Below, piece by piece: positions 25,280-35,300 of a stretch of DNA of 64,000 bases. Source of the DNA: a virus. The notes under the pieces were generated by a model, which was not told the DNA's origin, searched no databases, and saw only the letters and a list, made by a program, of their open reading frames with translations. How positions within the stretch are numbered: the stretch's first letter is position 1; each line of letters starts with the position of its first letter. A program made the translations under genes and the position numbers. The stretch is from the IMG/VR virus record IMGVR_UViG_3300045044_000056, positions 11,262 to 75,261 of that record; one strand, written 5' to 3'.

Positions 25280-25501
25280 TTAGAACTCGACCTCGATCTT
25301 CTTGGCCCCCGCCTTCGTCAAGATCGTTTTGGCAAAGTCGATTGCCTGCCCTTTCGGCAGTGCGAACCAGCTCACGTCTTTCCCAAAGTTGAAGTGAATG
25401 TTGCCGTGGCGATCAACCGCAATGGCCATCTTGAGTTCGCCTTCATCGTGCGGCCCCAACGATCCATCTGGAAATTTCCCTGTCCCTCCAAGTTTGACCA
25501 C
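25280..25501 (-). CDS. Hypothetical protein
   Basis: GKFPDGSLGPHDEGELKMAI...; in operon order. Confidence 0.65.
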   Translation of the reverse strand: MVKLGGTGKFPDGSLGPHDEGELKMAIAVDRHGNIHFNFGKDVSWFALPKGQAIDFAKTILTKAGAKKIEVEF

Positions 25502-25601
25502 GGGATCACCTCGAGAAAAGAATGATGGCCATGAACGCGATGACCGGCGCCAAGGCGATCAACATGCCAAAGATCAGGGAGGCTTCAGGGTCAGTCATTT
25601 C

Positions 25602-26204
25602 TCATCCATGTCGATTAGCGAGACGCAAGAATGCATCTTCGTCAGCTTCCAGCATCAGCTTCTGCGCCAGCATGTGATCGGCGATCGGAATGCCGCCGTC
25701 GTCAAGATGACCACAAAGCCGATGCAAGACGCGATCCTGGCCAAGCAAGTCGCGTTCCACAACGTCGATGTTTGCCACTGCGTGCCCTTGGTCGCGTATG
25801 CGATAGAGGCGGCCGGATCGTCCCTCGACCAGGAACCATTTATGCCGCTCGATCGACGCGCGCTGCTCTGGTGTCAGCGAGCGCAGCAATAGCTCGCGCG
25901 CCTTCAGTTCCGCATCAGTGCGCTGCAGGTCGCGTTGAAGCGCGGCTGGCCGCACATGCGGGCGATGAATGCGCGGTTGCACGGGTACTGTCCATAGCTG
26001 GTTGTGCTGCGGGTAGATGTAGAGCGTGCTGCCCGTACCTTGTTGCACAAAGCACGGGATGGTCGCGGTGCTGGTTGCCGTACCGTTGCTCCACAGATAG
26101 GTGGTCGGCACCGTGGACGAGCCGCCGGTTGAGTCGGTCGTCCACATCTGATTGGCCGAGTCGTAGTTGACCCAGCCGGTGTTGTTGATCCAGACGAGCG
26201 GCAC
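25602..26204 (-). CDS. Conserved phage protein with a single conserved-looking Cys; possible E2-like partner of the adjacent Ubl
   Basis: AELKARELLLRSL...WFLVEGRSGRLYRI...ANI...LCGH...IPIADHMLAQKLMLEADEDAFLRLAN; low-complexity Thr/Ser N-terminus. Confidence 0.6.
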   Translation of the reverse strand: MPLVWINNTGWVNYDSANQMWTTDSTGGSSTVPTTYLWSNGTATSTATIPCFVQQGTGSTLYIYPQHNQLWTVPVQPRIHRPHVRPAALQRDLQRTDAELKARELLLRSLTPEQRASIERHKWFLVEGRSGRLYRIRDQGHAVANIDVVERDLLGQDRVLHRLCGHLDDGGIPIADHMLAQKLMLEADEDAFLRLANRHG

Positions 26205-26205
26205 G

Positions 26206-26433
26206 TCAGCCGCCCCTGAGCTGCGGCACCAGCATCATCTCGCGGGCGTGCGGGTCGAACACTTCCATTCGCGTTGCTTTCTCGCCATCGCGGACGCGAA
26301 ACGCGTGGAAACCCGCGTCGGTCTTTTCCTCGAAAACCTCGCGCGCGAAAGCAACCTCGTCGGCGTTGTTCGGGTCCCAGCCGATCTTGGTGTGCCCGCT
26401 ACGGTCGAGAATATTCATTTCATGTAGTCCCAT
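26206..26433 (-). CDS. Ubiquitin-like (beta-grasp) protein, 75 aa, ending LVPQLRGG
   Basis: Start at 26433 after GGGAGA; apparent beta-beta-alpha-beta-beta-beta pattern; di-Gly C-terminus. Confidence 0.6.
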   Translation of the reverse strand: MGLHEMNILDRSGHTKIGWDPNNADEVAFAREVFEEKTDAGFHAFRVRDGEKATRMEVFDPHAREMMLVPQLRGG

Positions 26434-26453
26434 TGTCTTCTCCCTTGTTAAAT

Positions 26454-26543
26454 TCAGTCCCTCACGATCAACCAAACCCCGGTGATGACCAGTGAGATCA
26501 CGAGCGCTACGACGATCATCACGGTCACGAGCTGGGCGCTCAT
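26454..26543 (-). CDS. 29-aa single-TM peptide
   Basis: Read by hand: MSAQLVTVMIVVALVISLVITGVWLIVRD; ATGA overlap. Confidence 0.45.
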   Translation of the reverse strand: MSAQLVTVMIVVALVISLVITGVWLIVRD

Positions 26544-26899
26544 AGCGCCTCCATGAATTCATCGTCACCGATCACGATGGCAATTTGCCCGACCAGGTAG
26601 TCCGCAAGCCTACCCATTGGCATAAGCAATCCGGGATGACCGGTACGCTGCAGCGCCTGATGCCAAAGGATGGTTGCCCGCTCGTTGACCGGTAAGTCCT
26701 TCATCTTGCCGTCCTCATCGCAGAACGCGACGCAATTACATAGCTCACCCTGATGCTCAATCGAGGTGAAGCGGGGTATCAGCTCCAAATACCCGCCGCC
26801 GATCGCGGCCTTGAGCACAGGCAATGTCGGCTTGTCTTCGACCGGCGTCGCGAGCTGCCCACCGCTGCCGGGCTTGATGGTGATGATGGTGCCTTTCAT
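26540..26899 (-). CDS. DUF3846-like protein
   Basis: LKAAIGGGYLE...CDEDGKMKDLPVNERAT...LVGQIAIVIG. Confidence 0.7.
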   Translation of the reverse strand: MKGTIITIKPGSGGQLATPVEDKPTLPVLKAAIGGGYLELIPRFTSIEHQGELCNCVAFCDEDGKMKDLPVNERATILWHQALQRTGHPGLLMPMGRLADYLVGQIAIVIGDDEFMEAL

Positions 26900-27099
26900 T
26901 TCTCGCGCTCGAAAATTTTGGTGAACGTCAGCTTGGGCTCGACCTGCAGGCGCGCCACCATCTCGGAGAGCAACATGTCGGGCGCGTCCATGCACACCTC
27001 GAAATGGCACCCGGGATGCGCAATGTCGAAGTCGCGCAGGTGCTGCAGCCAGGCCTGCTGCAGCTCGGGCGGCACGTGCGCAACGGTGAAGATTTTCAT
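26896..27099 (-). CDS. Hypothetical protein
   Basis: Overlapping junctions. Confidence 0.6.
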   Translation of the reverse strand: MKIFTVAHVPPELQQAWLQHLRDFDIAHPGCHFEVCMDAPDMLLSEMVARLQVEPKLTFTKIFEREK

Positions 27100-27374
27100 G
27101 AATTGGCTCTCTGTTTACGGCGGTGCTCCAATTCTTCTACTGCAACCGGGATCATGTCGCGAACCTGGCTGACGTGCATGCGCAACAGTTCCTCGCGCAG
27201 CATCACTGTCCCGGTCTCATTGTCTTTGACGAAGTGGGAAGCGAGCAGCATGGCGAGCGAATACGCCAGCGCGGCGCCGATGACATCCGGGTCCTTGCCT
27301 TCAAGCAGAGGCCAGATCAATTCCGTAAGCTTGAAAGCTTGCGTTCCTAGCCGCTTAATTCGCCGACTTGTCAT
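27096..27374 (-). CDS. Hypothetical protein
   Basis: ATGA overlaps at both ends. Confidence 0.6.
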   Translation of the reverse strand: MTSRRIKRLGTQAFKLTELIWPLLEGKDPDVIGAALAYSLAMLLASHFVKDNETGTVMLREELLRMHVSQVRDMIPVAVEELEHRRKQRANS

Positions 27375-27715
27375 TCTTCGATCCAGTGCGGTCTTTTCTG
27401 CGCCTCGATGGCCCGGGCATGCTCTAGGATATTCTCCACTGATAATCGCCAGTACATGTCTTGCCGCAACTTCGCGATCACCCGCCACTTGAATTGCTGA
27501 TGCAGTCGGACGGCGCGCTGACCGTCACCGAGCGCATCGGCCAATAATGCAAGCGCAAGCTGCGCCGGGCCTGAGCCGCCATAACCCCATTCGAAGCCAT
27601 CGGGGCTATGGTTGTCGAGATCGAGGCGTTTGCGCAAGCCGCGCGGCTTGCCATCGACCACCTTGCGGACGTGCGCCTCGCCTTTGATATCGCGCCAGCC
27701 TTCGTAATATGACAT
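27371..27715 (-). CDS. DUF6166-like protein
   Basis: NHSPDGFEWGYGGSGPAQLALALL. Confidence 0.75.
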   Translation of the reverse strand: MSYYEGWRDIKGEAHVRKVVDGKPRGLRKRLDLDNHSPDGFEWGYGGSGPAQLALALLADALGDGQRAVRLHQQFKWRVIAKLRQDMYWRLSVENILEHARAIEAQKRPHWIEE

Positions 27716-27774
27716 GATGGCCCCGGTTCAAGTCACCCTTGAAATTGGGGAATTGGTGATCAAGTATGCCTTGA

Positions 27775-27805
27775 AATGCGCAACAAAAAAAGCCCCGTTC
27801 CCGAA
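27775..27805 (-). terminator. Intrinsic terminator separating late genes from the TasA operon
   Basis: GCCCCGTTCC-CGAA-GGAACGGGGC with an A7 tract on the + strand left side. Confidence 0.8.
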
Positions 27806-27830
27806 GGAACGGGGCGAGGACGGAGGGGCC

Positions 27831-28229
27831 GTGAAAATTCAAAGCGTTATCGCTGCGGTACTACTCGCAGCACTACTAGCCACCAGCGCGCAAGCACAAG
27901 GTCGCCGCTACCGGTGCCCAGGTGTGAGCTGGGACCCACACTGTCAGATGCTGCCGCCGCAGGGCTATCCGCTGCCGCCGCTGCCATCCAACCGGCTGTC
28001 GGACGAGCCGCCTGAGCCGCGATTCACCGTGCCGATCGATCGACCGCCGGTGCCTAACCGTTCGATGAGCGAACCGCCAGCGGCGCAGCTCACCGCGCCG
28101 ATCGGCCCGGTGACGCCGCCCAACCGCATGATGGACATGGAGCGCGAGCGCATCATCCAGCTGGGCGAGGAGCATTGCCGGCGTTGGCCCGAAGACAAGA
28201 TCTGTCACTTCAAGGATGCGCCACGCTAA
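27831..28229 (+). CDS. Secreted Pro-rich protein with Cys pairs
   Basis: GTG start after GGAGGGG; signal peptide ending SAQA; C..W.PHC and C..WP.DKIC motifs. Confidence 0.65.
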   Translation: MKIQSVIAAVLLAALLATSAQAQGRRYRCPGVSWDPHCQMLPPQGYPLPPLPSNRLSDEPPEPRFTVPIDRPPVPNRSMSEPPAAQLTAPIGPVTPPNRMMDMERERIIQLGEEHCRRWPEDKICHFKDAPR

Positions 28230-28729
28230 ACTAGTTTCTTCGCCTCCTGCAGCGCCCAGGTCCTGACGCTGTCGTCGAGATCCATGAGGAGGTGCGGCTT
28301 GTTGATGGTCCGCACCTCATCAAACCCAGCAACGATGACGTCCGACATGATGCCCGGACCCTTTACCAGGCAGGCGCGCTTGACGTGCTGCTTGTTAATC
28401 GGCCGGTTGTTGCGCCCGGCCAGCTCCGACATCGCGATGCAGAATACGAGATCGAAGTGCATCAGCGTCTGCAGATAAGTCAGCGACGTATTGCCGAGAC
28501 TGTAGCTGTAGCCGAGCGTCGGGTGCCCCGCCTTGCGGCAGACGGCCAGCCAAGACATGGCAGGTTCGATCTTGTTGAAGTTGAAGCAGGCGGACTGGAT
28601 GCCCATCGCCAACAGCGCGTTGGCAAGCCGCTTCATGCCGTAACTGGTCAGTATGCCGCCCACGCCGAGGTTCCAGATCGGACCCTGACCATAGAACACC
28701 GCAGCGACTGGACGCGGTTGGGCGGTCAT
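28226..28729 (-). CDS. Hypothetical protein, weak alpha/beta-hydrolase-like
   Basis: LGYSYSLGNTS elbow-like segment; late His (KPHLLMD). Confidence 0.45.
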   Translation of the reverse strand: MTAQPRPVAAVFYGQGPIWNLGVGGILTSYGMKRLANALLAMGIQSACFNFNKIEPAMSWLAVCRKAGHPTLGYSYSLGNTSLTYLQTLMHFDLVFCIAMSELAGRNNRPINKQHVKRACLVKGPGIMSDVIVAGFDEVRTINKPHLLMDLDDSVRTWALQEAKKLV

Positions 28730-28995
28730 GGCGGCGGCGGTCCTTGCGGTTTCGGCAGCAGTTGGCGCAGGTCTTCGGTGTTCAGGCAGTGCACCAGTAG
28801 CTTGGCCATGTTTTCCTGCTGCGCAACGATGGCCTGGAAGGCGATGCGCCGGCCATCGGAGTAGCGCGCTTCGGTGTAGAACAGGAAGATCAGTAGGCAG
28901 CCGTTCATCACTACCAGCGCCAGCGACAGCGGCTGCTTCTTGAGCGCGTCGAAGAACGTCCGCGCAGTCCTGCCGATCTCGCCATGCAGGCTCAT
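28726..28995 (-). CDS. Single-TM lysis-region protein (paralogue B)
   Basis: RTFFDALKKQPLSLALVVMN...; resembles 28992-29231. Confidence 0.65.
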   Translation of the reverse strand: MSLHGEIGRTARTFFDALKKQPLSLALVVMNGCLLIFLFYTEARYSDGRRIAFQAIVAQQENMAKLLVHCLNTEDLRQLLPKPQGPPPP

Positions 28996-29231
28996 TTCTG
29001 CTGGTCTGGCATCACGCAACGCGCCAGCATTTCGGAAGTCGAGCGCTGGAACGCAAAGCTCTGCTTGATCAATTCGGTGCGGAACTCGGCTGCCTTTGAC
29101 AGTGCATAATACATGAATAGGACCATCATCAGGTTGGCGAAGGACAGCACCAACATCGCTGGCTGCGTCTTCACCGCCTCGATGAATGTCCGCAGCGTGT
29201 TGCCCGCCTCCTCGGCAATCCCTGGGTTCAT
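28992..29231 (-). CDS. Single-TM lysis-region protein (paralogue A)
   Basis: RTFIEAVKTQPAMLVLSFAN... Confidence 0.65.
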   Translation of the reverse strand: MNPGIAEEAGNTLRTFIEAVKTQPAMLVLSFANLMMVLFMYYALSKAAEFRTELIKQSFAFQRSTSEMLARCVMPDQQK

Positions 29232-29527
29232 TTGATGGCTCGCACGTTCTCGTACTTCTTGCTGCTGACCACGTTGGAGATGCCGGGATCTTCCATGATC
29301 AGGTGCTGCGGCACGCCGACTTCAATCTCCGGGTCGATCTTAGCTGCGACCTTGAGCTTGTTCTTGTTGGTATGCGTCCAGATCGCCCAACCGAGTGAAA
29401 CGATGGCCATGGCGGCACCGAGGATCGACGGCGTCAGGTCATCGAGCTGGTAGCCCTGGTTCACCAGCCAGCCGCTGACGATGACGATGATCCAGCGTAC
29501 GAAGCTCTTTATTTGTTCCTCGTTCAT
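29228..29527 (-). CDS. Putative holin (two TM segments, basic C-terminus)
   Basis: EQIKSFVRWIIVIVSGWLVNQG...ILGAAMAIVSLGWAIW...KNK. Confidence 0.7.
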   Translation of the reverse strand: MNEEQIKSFVRWIIVIVSGWLVNQGYQLDDLTPSILGAAMAIVSLGWAIWTHTNKNKLKVAAKIDPEIEVGVPQHLIMEDPGISNVVSSKKYENVRAIK

Positions 29528-29916
29528 CCGCCGGTCGCCTCGTGGTGGATGCGGCCGAACAGGTCATCGAGCGTTTCGGTCGCGGCCCAGCCGTCGACGG
29601 TCAGGCCGCGAATGCGCTGATAGTGTTCGACCGCTGCGTGGGTGGCGTCGCCGTACCTGCCGTCGACATTGAGGGCGGCACCGTAGTGGTTGAGCATCTC
29701 CTGCAGCTGCCTGACGTTGATGCCCTTGCCCTTCTTGGGCACCGACGGCGCCGATGGCATGATGGCATCCTTGAGCCGCTGCGCTTCCGGGGCGAGCGCC
29801 AGCAGCGCATCGATGTGCGGCATCGCGCGCTGTTGCAGGTTCTGGATCTCGCCCAGGTGCTGATACGCCCGCCAGGCGGCGGGGATGTAGTCAGCTAGTG
29901 CGCTGACGTTGCTCAC
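29524..29916 (-). CDS. Peptidoglycan-binding domain protein
   Basis: VRQLQEMLN...LNVDGRYGDATHAAVEHYQRIRGLTVDGWA...T. Confidence 0.85.
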   Translation of the reverse strand: MSNVSALADYIPAAWRAYQHLGEIQNLQQRAMPHIDALLALAPEAQRLKDAIMPSAPSVPKKGKGINVRQLQEMLNHYGAALNVDGRYGDATHAAVEHYQRIRGLTVDGWAATETLDDLFGRIHHEATGG

Positions 29917-30236
29917 GGCTGACTCGGCGGAGCCGTCGTGTTCGTGGTGGGGCAGCCCTGGTCATAAATCTCCTGCCCGATGACCATCAGACCGCGCAGG
30001 ACCAGTGCGGCGACGGAGCCGTAGTTTGGTATCCAAGAGATCATGCCGGGCACCATGTTGAGTAGGCTCTGCGCCTTCGGCCATGCGCCGCAGAAGTCCT
30101 CCTTGATGCCGCCGTGCTCAGCTGCAGCTCCGTGCGTCGCCAGCGGCGGCGGATGACCAGGCGGCAATCCGCTCTGCAAAGTCTGGTCAAGGATGTCCTT
30201 GAACCGATTTATCTGTTCATCAGTAAGCTGTGGCAT
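29913..30236 (-). CDS. Hypothetical protein
   Basis: In the lysis operon. Confidence 0.6.
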   Translation of the reverse strand: MPQLTDEQINRFKDILDQTLQSGLPPGHPPPLATHGAAAEHGGIKEDFCGAWPKAQSLLNMVPGMISWIPNYGSVAALVLRGLMVIGQEIYDQGCPTTNTTAPPSQP

Positions 30237-30245
30237 GTTGTGCTC

Positions 30246-31010
30246 CTATGCACTCTTGAGTGTTGCTAAATCGGCATCCAGCCGTGCCTCATCAACAAGT
30301 TCTGGCGTCTTCCCAGTGGCCGTCAGATATTCACGCGAGAAGTAGCAAATTGCTTCGTCCATATACTGCTCAATAAATCCAGCACTGACCGCCTGCAGGC
30401 GCCCCCAAGTGACGACCATGGGAAAGCCGCGCGAGTTGCGGCCGCACAGCATGACGTAATGGCCGCCGAGATTTCTCGACCCTTGCACCGGAACCCAAGG
30501 CTGCCTGGCATCGAACTGATCAATTGCGGATTGCGGAATTTGCACCCCGAGGCCGACCGCACCGAACAGATACGTTGCCTTTATGAGGAGATCGACATTG
30601 CCGATCGGGATCTCCGCATAGGCCTTGATCTTGTGCACATCGCCGGCTGCATCGAGCAGGCCAACCTTGCGGCGGTAGCTCGCCGCCTTTGACATGTCGG
30701 TGCCCTGATCGGTCGCCGGCACGCCAGGAATATATCCGGTGACCTTGGAGTATTCGGCGACGACAGAATCCGCGGTGAAGCGTGGCAGTCTGCGCTTGGT
30801 CGCGAGCGCATAGAGCATGTGCTCGTGCGCCGCGCCGGCCCACACGCAATCGCCGCACGCATCGTTGCCCAGCTCCTGCCAGAACACGTTGCCAGTCACG
30901 TGACCGAACGTCGACGGAACATGCACGCGATCGAGATCAACGTAGGTGCCGAGAGCAAACCGCACTGCGCCGGCGCGCGCCGGCTGCTTGCCGAGATAAT
31001 GGATGGCCAT
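30246..31010 (-). CDS. Papain-like (C1-type) cysteine peptidase-fold protein
   Basis: GNDACGDCVWAG (Cys), GGHYVML (His), VVTWG. Confidence 0.65.
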   Translation of the reverse strand: MAIHYLGKQPARAGAVRFALGTYVDLDRVHVPSTFGHVTGNVFWQELGNDACGDCVWAGAAHEHMLYALATKRRLPRFTADSVVAEYSKVTGYIPGVPATDQGTDMSKAASYRRKVGLLDAAGDVHKIKAYAEIPIGNVDLLIKATYLFGAVGLGVQIPQSAIDQFDARQPWVPVQGSRNLGGHYVMLCGRNSRGFPMVVTWGRLQAVSAGFIEQYMDEAICYFSREYLTATGKTPELVDEARLDADLATLKSA

Positions 31011-31871
31011 CTATGCTCCCAGCTTGGCCAGTTCCGCCTTGATGCTGGCGAACGTCTGCGGTCCGCACGCACCATCGACGACTAATGGCGGGTGTTGCTG
31101 TTGATAGATCGCGGTCTTGGACTTGGTCTTAGGACCTAACGCGCCGTCGACGGTTAACGGCCCGGACACCTCATCGCCCACGACCAGCTTGTTCAAGCTT
31201 TGCTGCAACCAGAACACGTCGAGCTGGTCAGGCGGAATGACATCGGCCGGCGACGGAGTGGTGCCCTCGGTCGGGATCACAAACCCGTCGAGATGCGCGA
31301 TGTACCAGAGCTGCGGCGCGCACCCGACCTGAGAGTCGCGCACATGCGCTTCGAAATGACCATCCGAGGTGTACTTGCCGCCAGGGCCATGGGGCGGATC
31401 GTATTGGTTCGTGCACGACCACAAGTATGGACTCGGAATGCCGTGAAAGAAGTATCCCAGCCCGTTATAGGGTTGGAGTTCAAACAGCATCCGCTCGATG
31501 GTCCAGTTTTGAATTTTTTGCAGGCTCTTCATGCGCAACGCATCGCACGCCGATTCGTAGAATGTGAACGGCGGACCATGCCCGACATGCGGCCGCCCGG
31601 CGGGAACATGCCGCGTGTACCAACCGAGCGAGTCGCCGCAATGCAGATGCGTGCGGCCAAGATGGGCAACGCCGCCCTCGCGCGAGTCGATGACGCCGAT
31701 CATGTACCAAGGCACGCCCACGGTGTGCTCGACTTGCTGATAGGTTGCTTTGAGTTGGATGATCTTGCGCGCGTCGAACTCCATTTCACGCGATTGCCGC
31801 AGGATCTTCATCGCCGCCCATTGCCGGGAAATGATCGGCTCTTGCTGCGCATAAAGGTACGGTCTGGGCAT
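31011..31871 (-). CDS. Endolysin: lysozyme-family (COG5526-like) domain plus PG-binding domain
   Basis: VPWYMIGVIDSRE, HVPAGRP, YNGLGY, SPYLWS.TNQY, GKY.SDG; C-terminal LQQSLN...VDGALGPKT. Confidence 0.8.
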   Translation of the reverse strand: MPRPYLYAQQEPIISRQWAAMKILRQSREMEFDARKIIQLKATYQQVEHTVGVPWYMIGVIDSREGGVAHLGRTHLHCGDSLGWYTRHVPAGRPHVGHGPPFTFYESACDALRMKSLQKIQNWTIERMLFELQPYNGLGYFFHGIPSPYLWSCTNQYDPPHGPGGKYTSDGHFEAHVRDSQVGCAPQLWYIAHLDGFVIPTEGTTPSPADVIPPDQLDVFWLQQSLNKLVVGDEVSGPLTVDGALGPKTKSKTAIYQQQHPPLVVDGACGPQTFASIKAELAKLGA

Positions 31872-32314
31872 CAGAAACCTCTCCAAGCCCACCACGGTGG
31901 GAACACAAAGAAGATGTCGTCGTCGGCGGTCGGTTGAGCTGGCGGTGCTGGCAGCTCGGTGATGTTGTTTGCAATGTTGAACGGATTGGCAGCGACCAGG
32001 ATCTGGCCGATCCAGAAGATGTCCCGGCTTGCACCTTCGGTGACCTGCAGAGCGTCGGTGTAGCGCCCAGGAACGAGCGTGGTGTACTGACTGGGGATCT
32101 CGATCTGGATCGCGCCTTGCGTGGCGTTGGTCTTGCTGACGCTGGCGTTGGCGTTGATCCCGTCAACCGGCTCCCCATTCATATCGAGCAGCGTGAACGC
32201 CAGCGTGGCGTTGGTCACATCCAGCAATGCACCGCTGGCATCGTACAACGTGCCAGCAATGGTCCAGTCAGCGCCGGACACGACGTCGATGTCTGGATGA
32301 TAGACAACCGCCAC
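31871..32314 (-). CDS. Ig-like/BppU-N-like virion protein
   Basis: GADWTIAGTL.DASGALLDVTNAT...GRYTDALQV. Confidence 0.55.
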   Translation of the reverse strand: MAVVYHPDIDVVSGADWTIAGTLYDASGALLDVTNATLAFTLLDMNGEPVDGINANASVSKTNATQGAIQIEIPSQYTTLVPGRYTDALQVTEGASRDIFWIGQILVAANPFNIANNITELPAPPAQPTADDDIFFVFPPWWAWRGF

Positions 32315-32324
32315 ACATGCCTCC

Positions 32325-35300
32325 TCAATGCATTGTCACGAAGTCGCCCTTGCCGGTGATTTTCTCGAGCCGGTTCTGCTGACCGCCGACCGCCGCCGCA
32401 CTCGGGCGGCCGATGATGCCGATCTGTTCGTCGGTGTCGCGGCCGGCCAGCGCTGCTGCAGCCGAGCGGCGACCAGCGACGCCGAGGCTGCTACGGCTTG
32501 CACGCCCGATGATGGTTGCCGTCAGCACGCGAATGCTGGTCTGCAGCAGGCTGGCATTGAGGGCGCCGGTGCCAGCGAGCTGTGTCTGATCGATATGCTG
32601 CAGCAGCCGCAGGCGGGTATCGATGTATCCGGCCGCCGCCAGCAACGTGGTAACGCGTTGGAAGTGGCTAACCCCGACATTCAGACTGCACGTGCCATTG
32701 AGCAGCGTTTGCAGCCCCAGGAGGGCGCGCGCCTGTGCGCTGAATGTGCCGGCGCCCGAGAGCGCGAGCTGCGCGCTGAGCTGCAGCTGCATCGCCGCGG
32801 TCATCGTGGCATTACCGTTGAGCGCAGCCTGCGCCACACGGGCGGCAATTGCGTTCACCGTCAACGCAGCAACGCCGCTCAGACTGGTGGTCGCCAGCAG
32901 CAGCCTGGCACTGGCGGAAGCAGTTACTGCACCGGCGCCTGCCAGCAATGCACCTGCGCTCATCCGCTGTAAGGTCGCAGCCGCCAGCGTGCTATCACCG
33001 ATCAGCAGCGCCGAGCCTTGCCAAATGCCGGGGGTGTACTTGACAACGTCAGCCGCGATCGCACCGGCACCCGCGAGGGTCGCCCGCGCCGTCATCCATT
33101 GGGTGGAACCGCTGGTCAGCGCACCGACGCCGGCAAACGCAGCGGGCATGGACATCCGCTGCGTCGCCGACGCGGTCATCGCGCCCTGACCGGCAACGGC
33201 GACGGCCAGCGCCTCGATAACCGATGCCGCGGGAGAGGTGAGCGCGCCCGCGCCAGCGAACGCTACAGCGGCCTGATTCTGTTGCGCGACCTGCGCCGTC
33301 AGCGCGCTCGACCCGTTGAGTGCGGCCGAGGCGACCAGCGTCGCCTGCAAGGCTGCCGAAAGATTGCCAATGCCGGTGAACGTGGCGCTGCCCTGCCACA
33401 GTTGCCCGGCTAGCTTGACGATATCGGCGACCAGCGTGCTGGCGCCAGTGAGCGCGGTGCTCGCCGCCATCCATTGGGTGGTGGCGATGCTGAGCGCGCC
33501 GTTGGCGGTCAGGCTGCTGCTGGCCAGCATCCATTGCGTGCTGGCAATACTGGCAGTGCTGGCACCAACAAAGTTGGCGACCAACGGCATTTGAACTTGC
33601 GGGGTGACGGCGAGTTGACCGGCGCCGATCAGAACTGAGGAGACGCCCATCCAGTGGGTGACACTGGGCGGAAGGGCGAACTGACCAGCGCCGGCCATGG
33701 CGAGGGCCATCGCCATTCGATCTTGTAGGTTGGCAGTCAGTGCGCTGACGCCAGGGAAGTTGCCTTCGACCGACCACAAATTGTGGCCTGGGATGTACAG
33801 GTCGGTGAGCAGGCTGGCGGCGCCTGCCAATGTGCTCGCGATTTGTTGCCGCTGGATTGCGGCAGCCGTCAGCGCGCCGATGCCGCTGTAGTTGGTGGCG
33901 ATGACCATCCATTGCGTCGAGCCGGATGTCAGCGCACCGGCGCCAGCGAAGGTCGCGGTTGGCAGTAGCGCGCGGAACGCATCAGCGCTCATCGCGCCGA
34001 TACCGGCGAGCCCAGCAGTGACCGCGTGCCATTGCGTACTAGCGCTGGTCAGATTGCCAGCACCGGCGAACGCGCTGGCCGCCTGCATCAATTGCCGTGC
34101 ATTGACGGCCAATATGTTGCCGACGCCTGCGTAAGTCGGCCCGTACAGAACCTTTTGTAGCGTCGCGATGCTGAGCCCACCGGCGCCCGGCATGCTGGCA
34201 TTGGCGACCAACAACTGATCGATTACATCGACCGCGGTCCAGTTGACGGAGGCCGCGCCAGCGAATGTCGCGGTCGACAACAGTTTCTGCAGGTCAGTGA
34301 TCGCTAGGCTGCCGGCGCCTGCCAGTGCGGTGGCGATGGCATGCCACTGCGTCGAACCGGAAGTCAGGTTGCCAACGCCCGCGAACGTGGTCGTAGGCAG
34401 CAGTTTATTGAGGCTGACGGTCTGACTGCTGGCGCCCGTGAACGTGGCAGCGATAACCTGCCACTGCGCTATTGGCACCGATAGCGCCCCGGCGCCGGCC
34501 AACGTGGTAACAGGCAGCAGCTTCTGCAGATCCGTGACCGCCAGCGAGCCGAGGCCAGCGAAGGTCGCCGAGCCCTGCCACAACTGCGCCGCTAGTTTCG
34601 TTACATCGGCAGCGAGCGCACCGACGCCAGCCAGCGCAGTGCCGACGGTCATCCACTGGGTACTGTTCCAGGTAGCGCCGCCAGCACCGGCGAAGGTCGG
34701 TCCGTACAACAGCTTCTGTGGTTGAATGCTAAGGCTGAGGCTACCAGCACCAGACAATGTAGAAGCAATGGTTTCCCATTGTGTGGCTGCTGCCGTCAGC
34801 GCGCCAGCGCCAGCATAAGCCGGACCGTATAGAATTTTCTGCAAGGCTATCGGCGTGGTGAGCGCACCGACGCCTGCCAATGTCGTACCGAACGCCAGCA
34901 GCTGGTCAGTGATGTCGGTCGTAGTCCAATTGGCAAAACCCGCGCCAGCGAATGCGCCACTAGCCTGCATCAGCTGGTCGATAGGATCGACGCTGGTCCA
35001 GTTGGCGCCTCCGACACCGGCCAGCGTAGCTTTGGCCTGCATCAGCTGGTCGATGACATCGACCACGGTCCAATTGGCGCCGCCAGCACCGACGAGCGTC
35101 GCCGAGCCCTGCAGCAACTGCGCGAGATGCTGCACCGTCATGTCGGCGGTCAGCCGTCCACCGCCGTGCATGCCAAGCAGTTCGTAGCCGACGTCGACTG
35201 TCAGTACGCCGCTGGCCGACCAGTTCAATGTCTCCAGCGGTTGCTTGCCGAGGTCGGCGGTCAGTGCACCGACGGCGGTGAAGTTCAATTGCTCCAGCGG

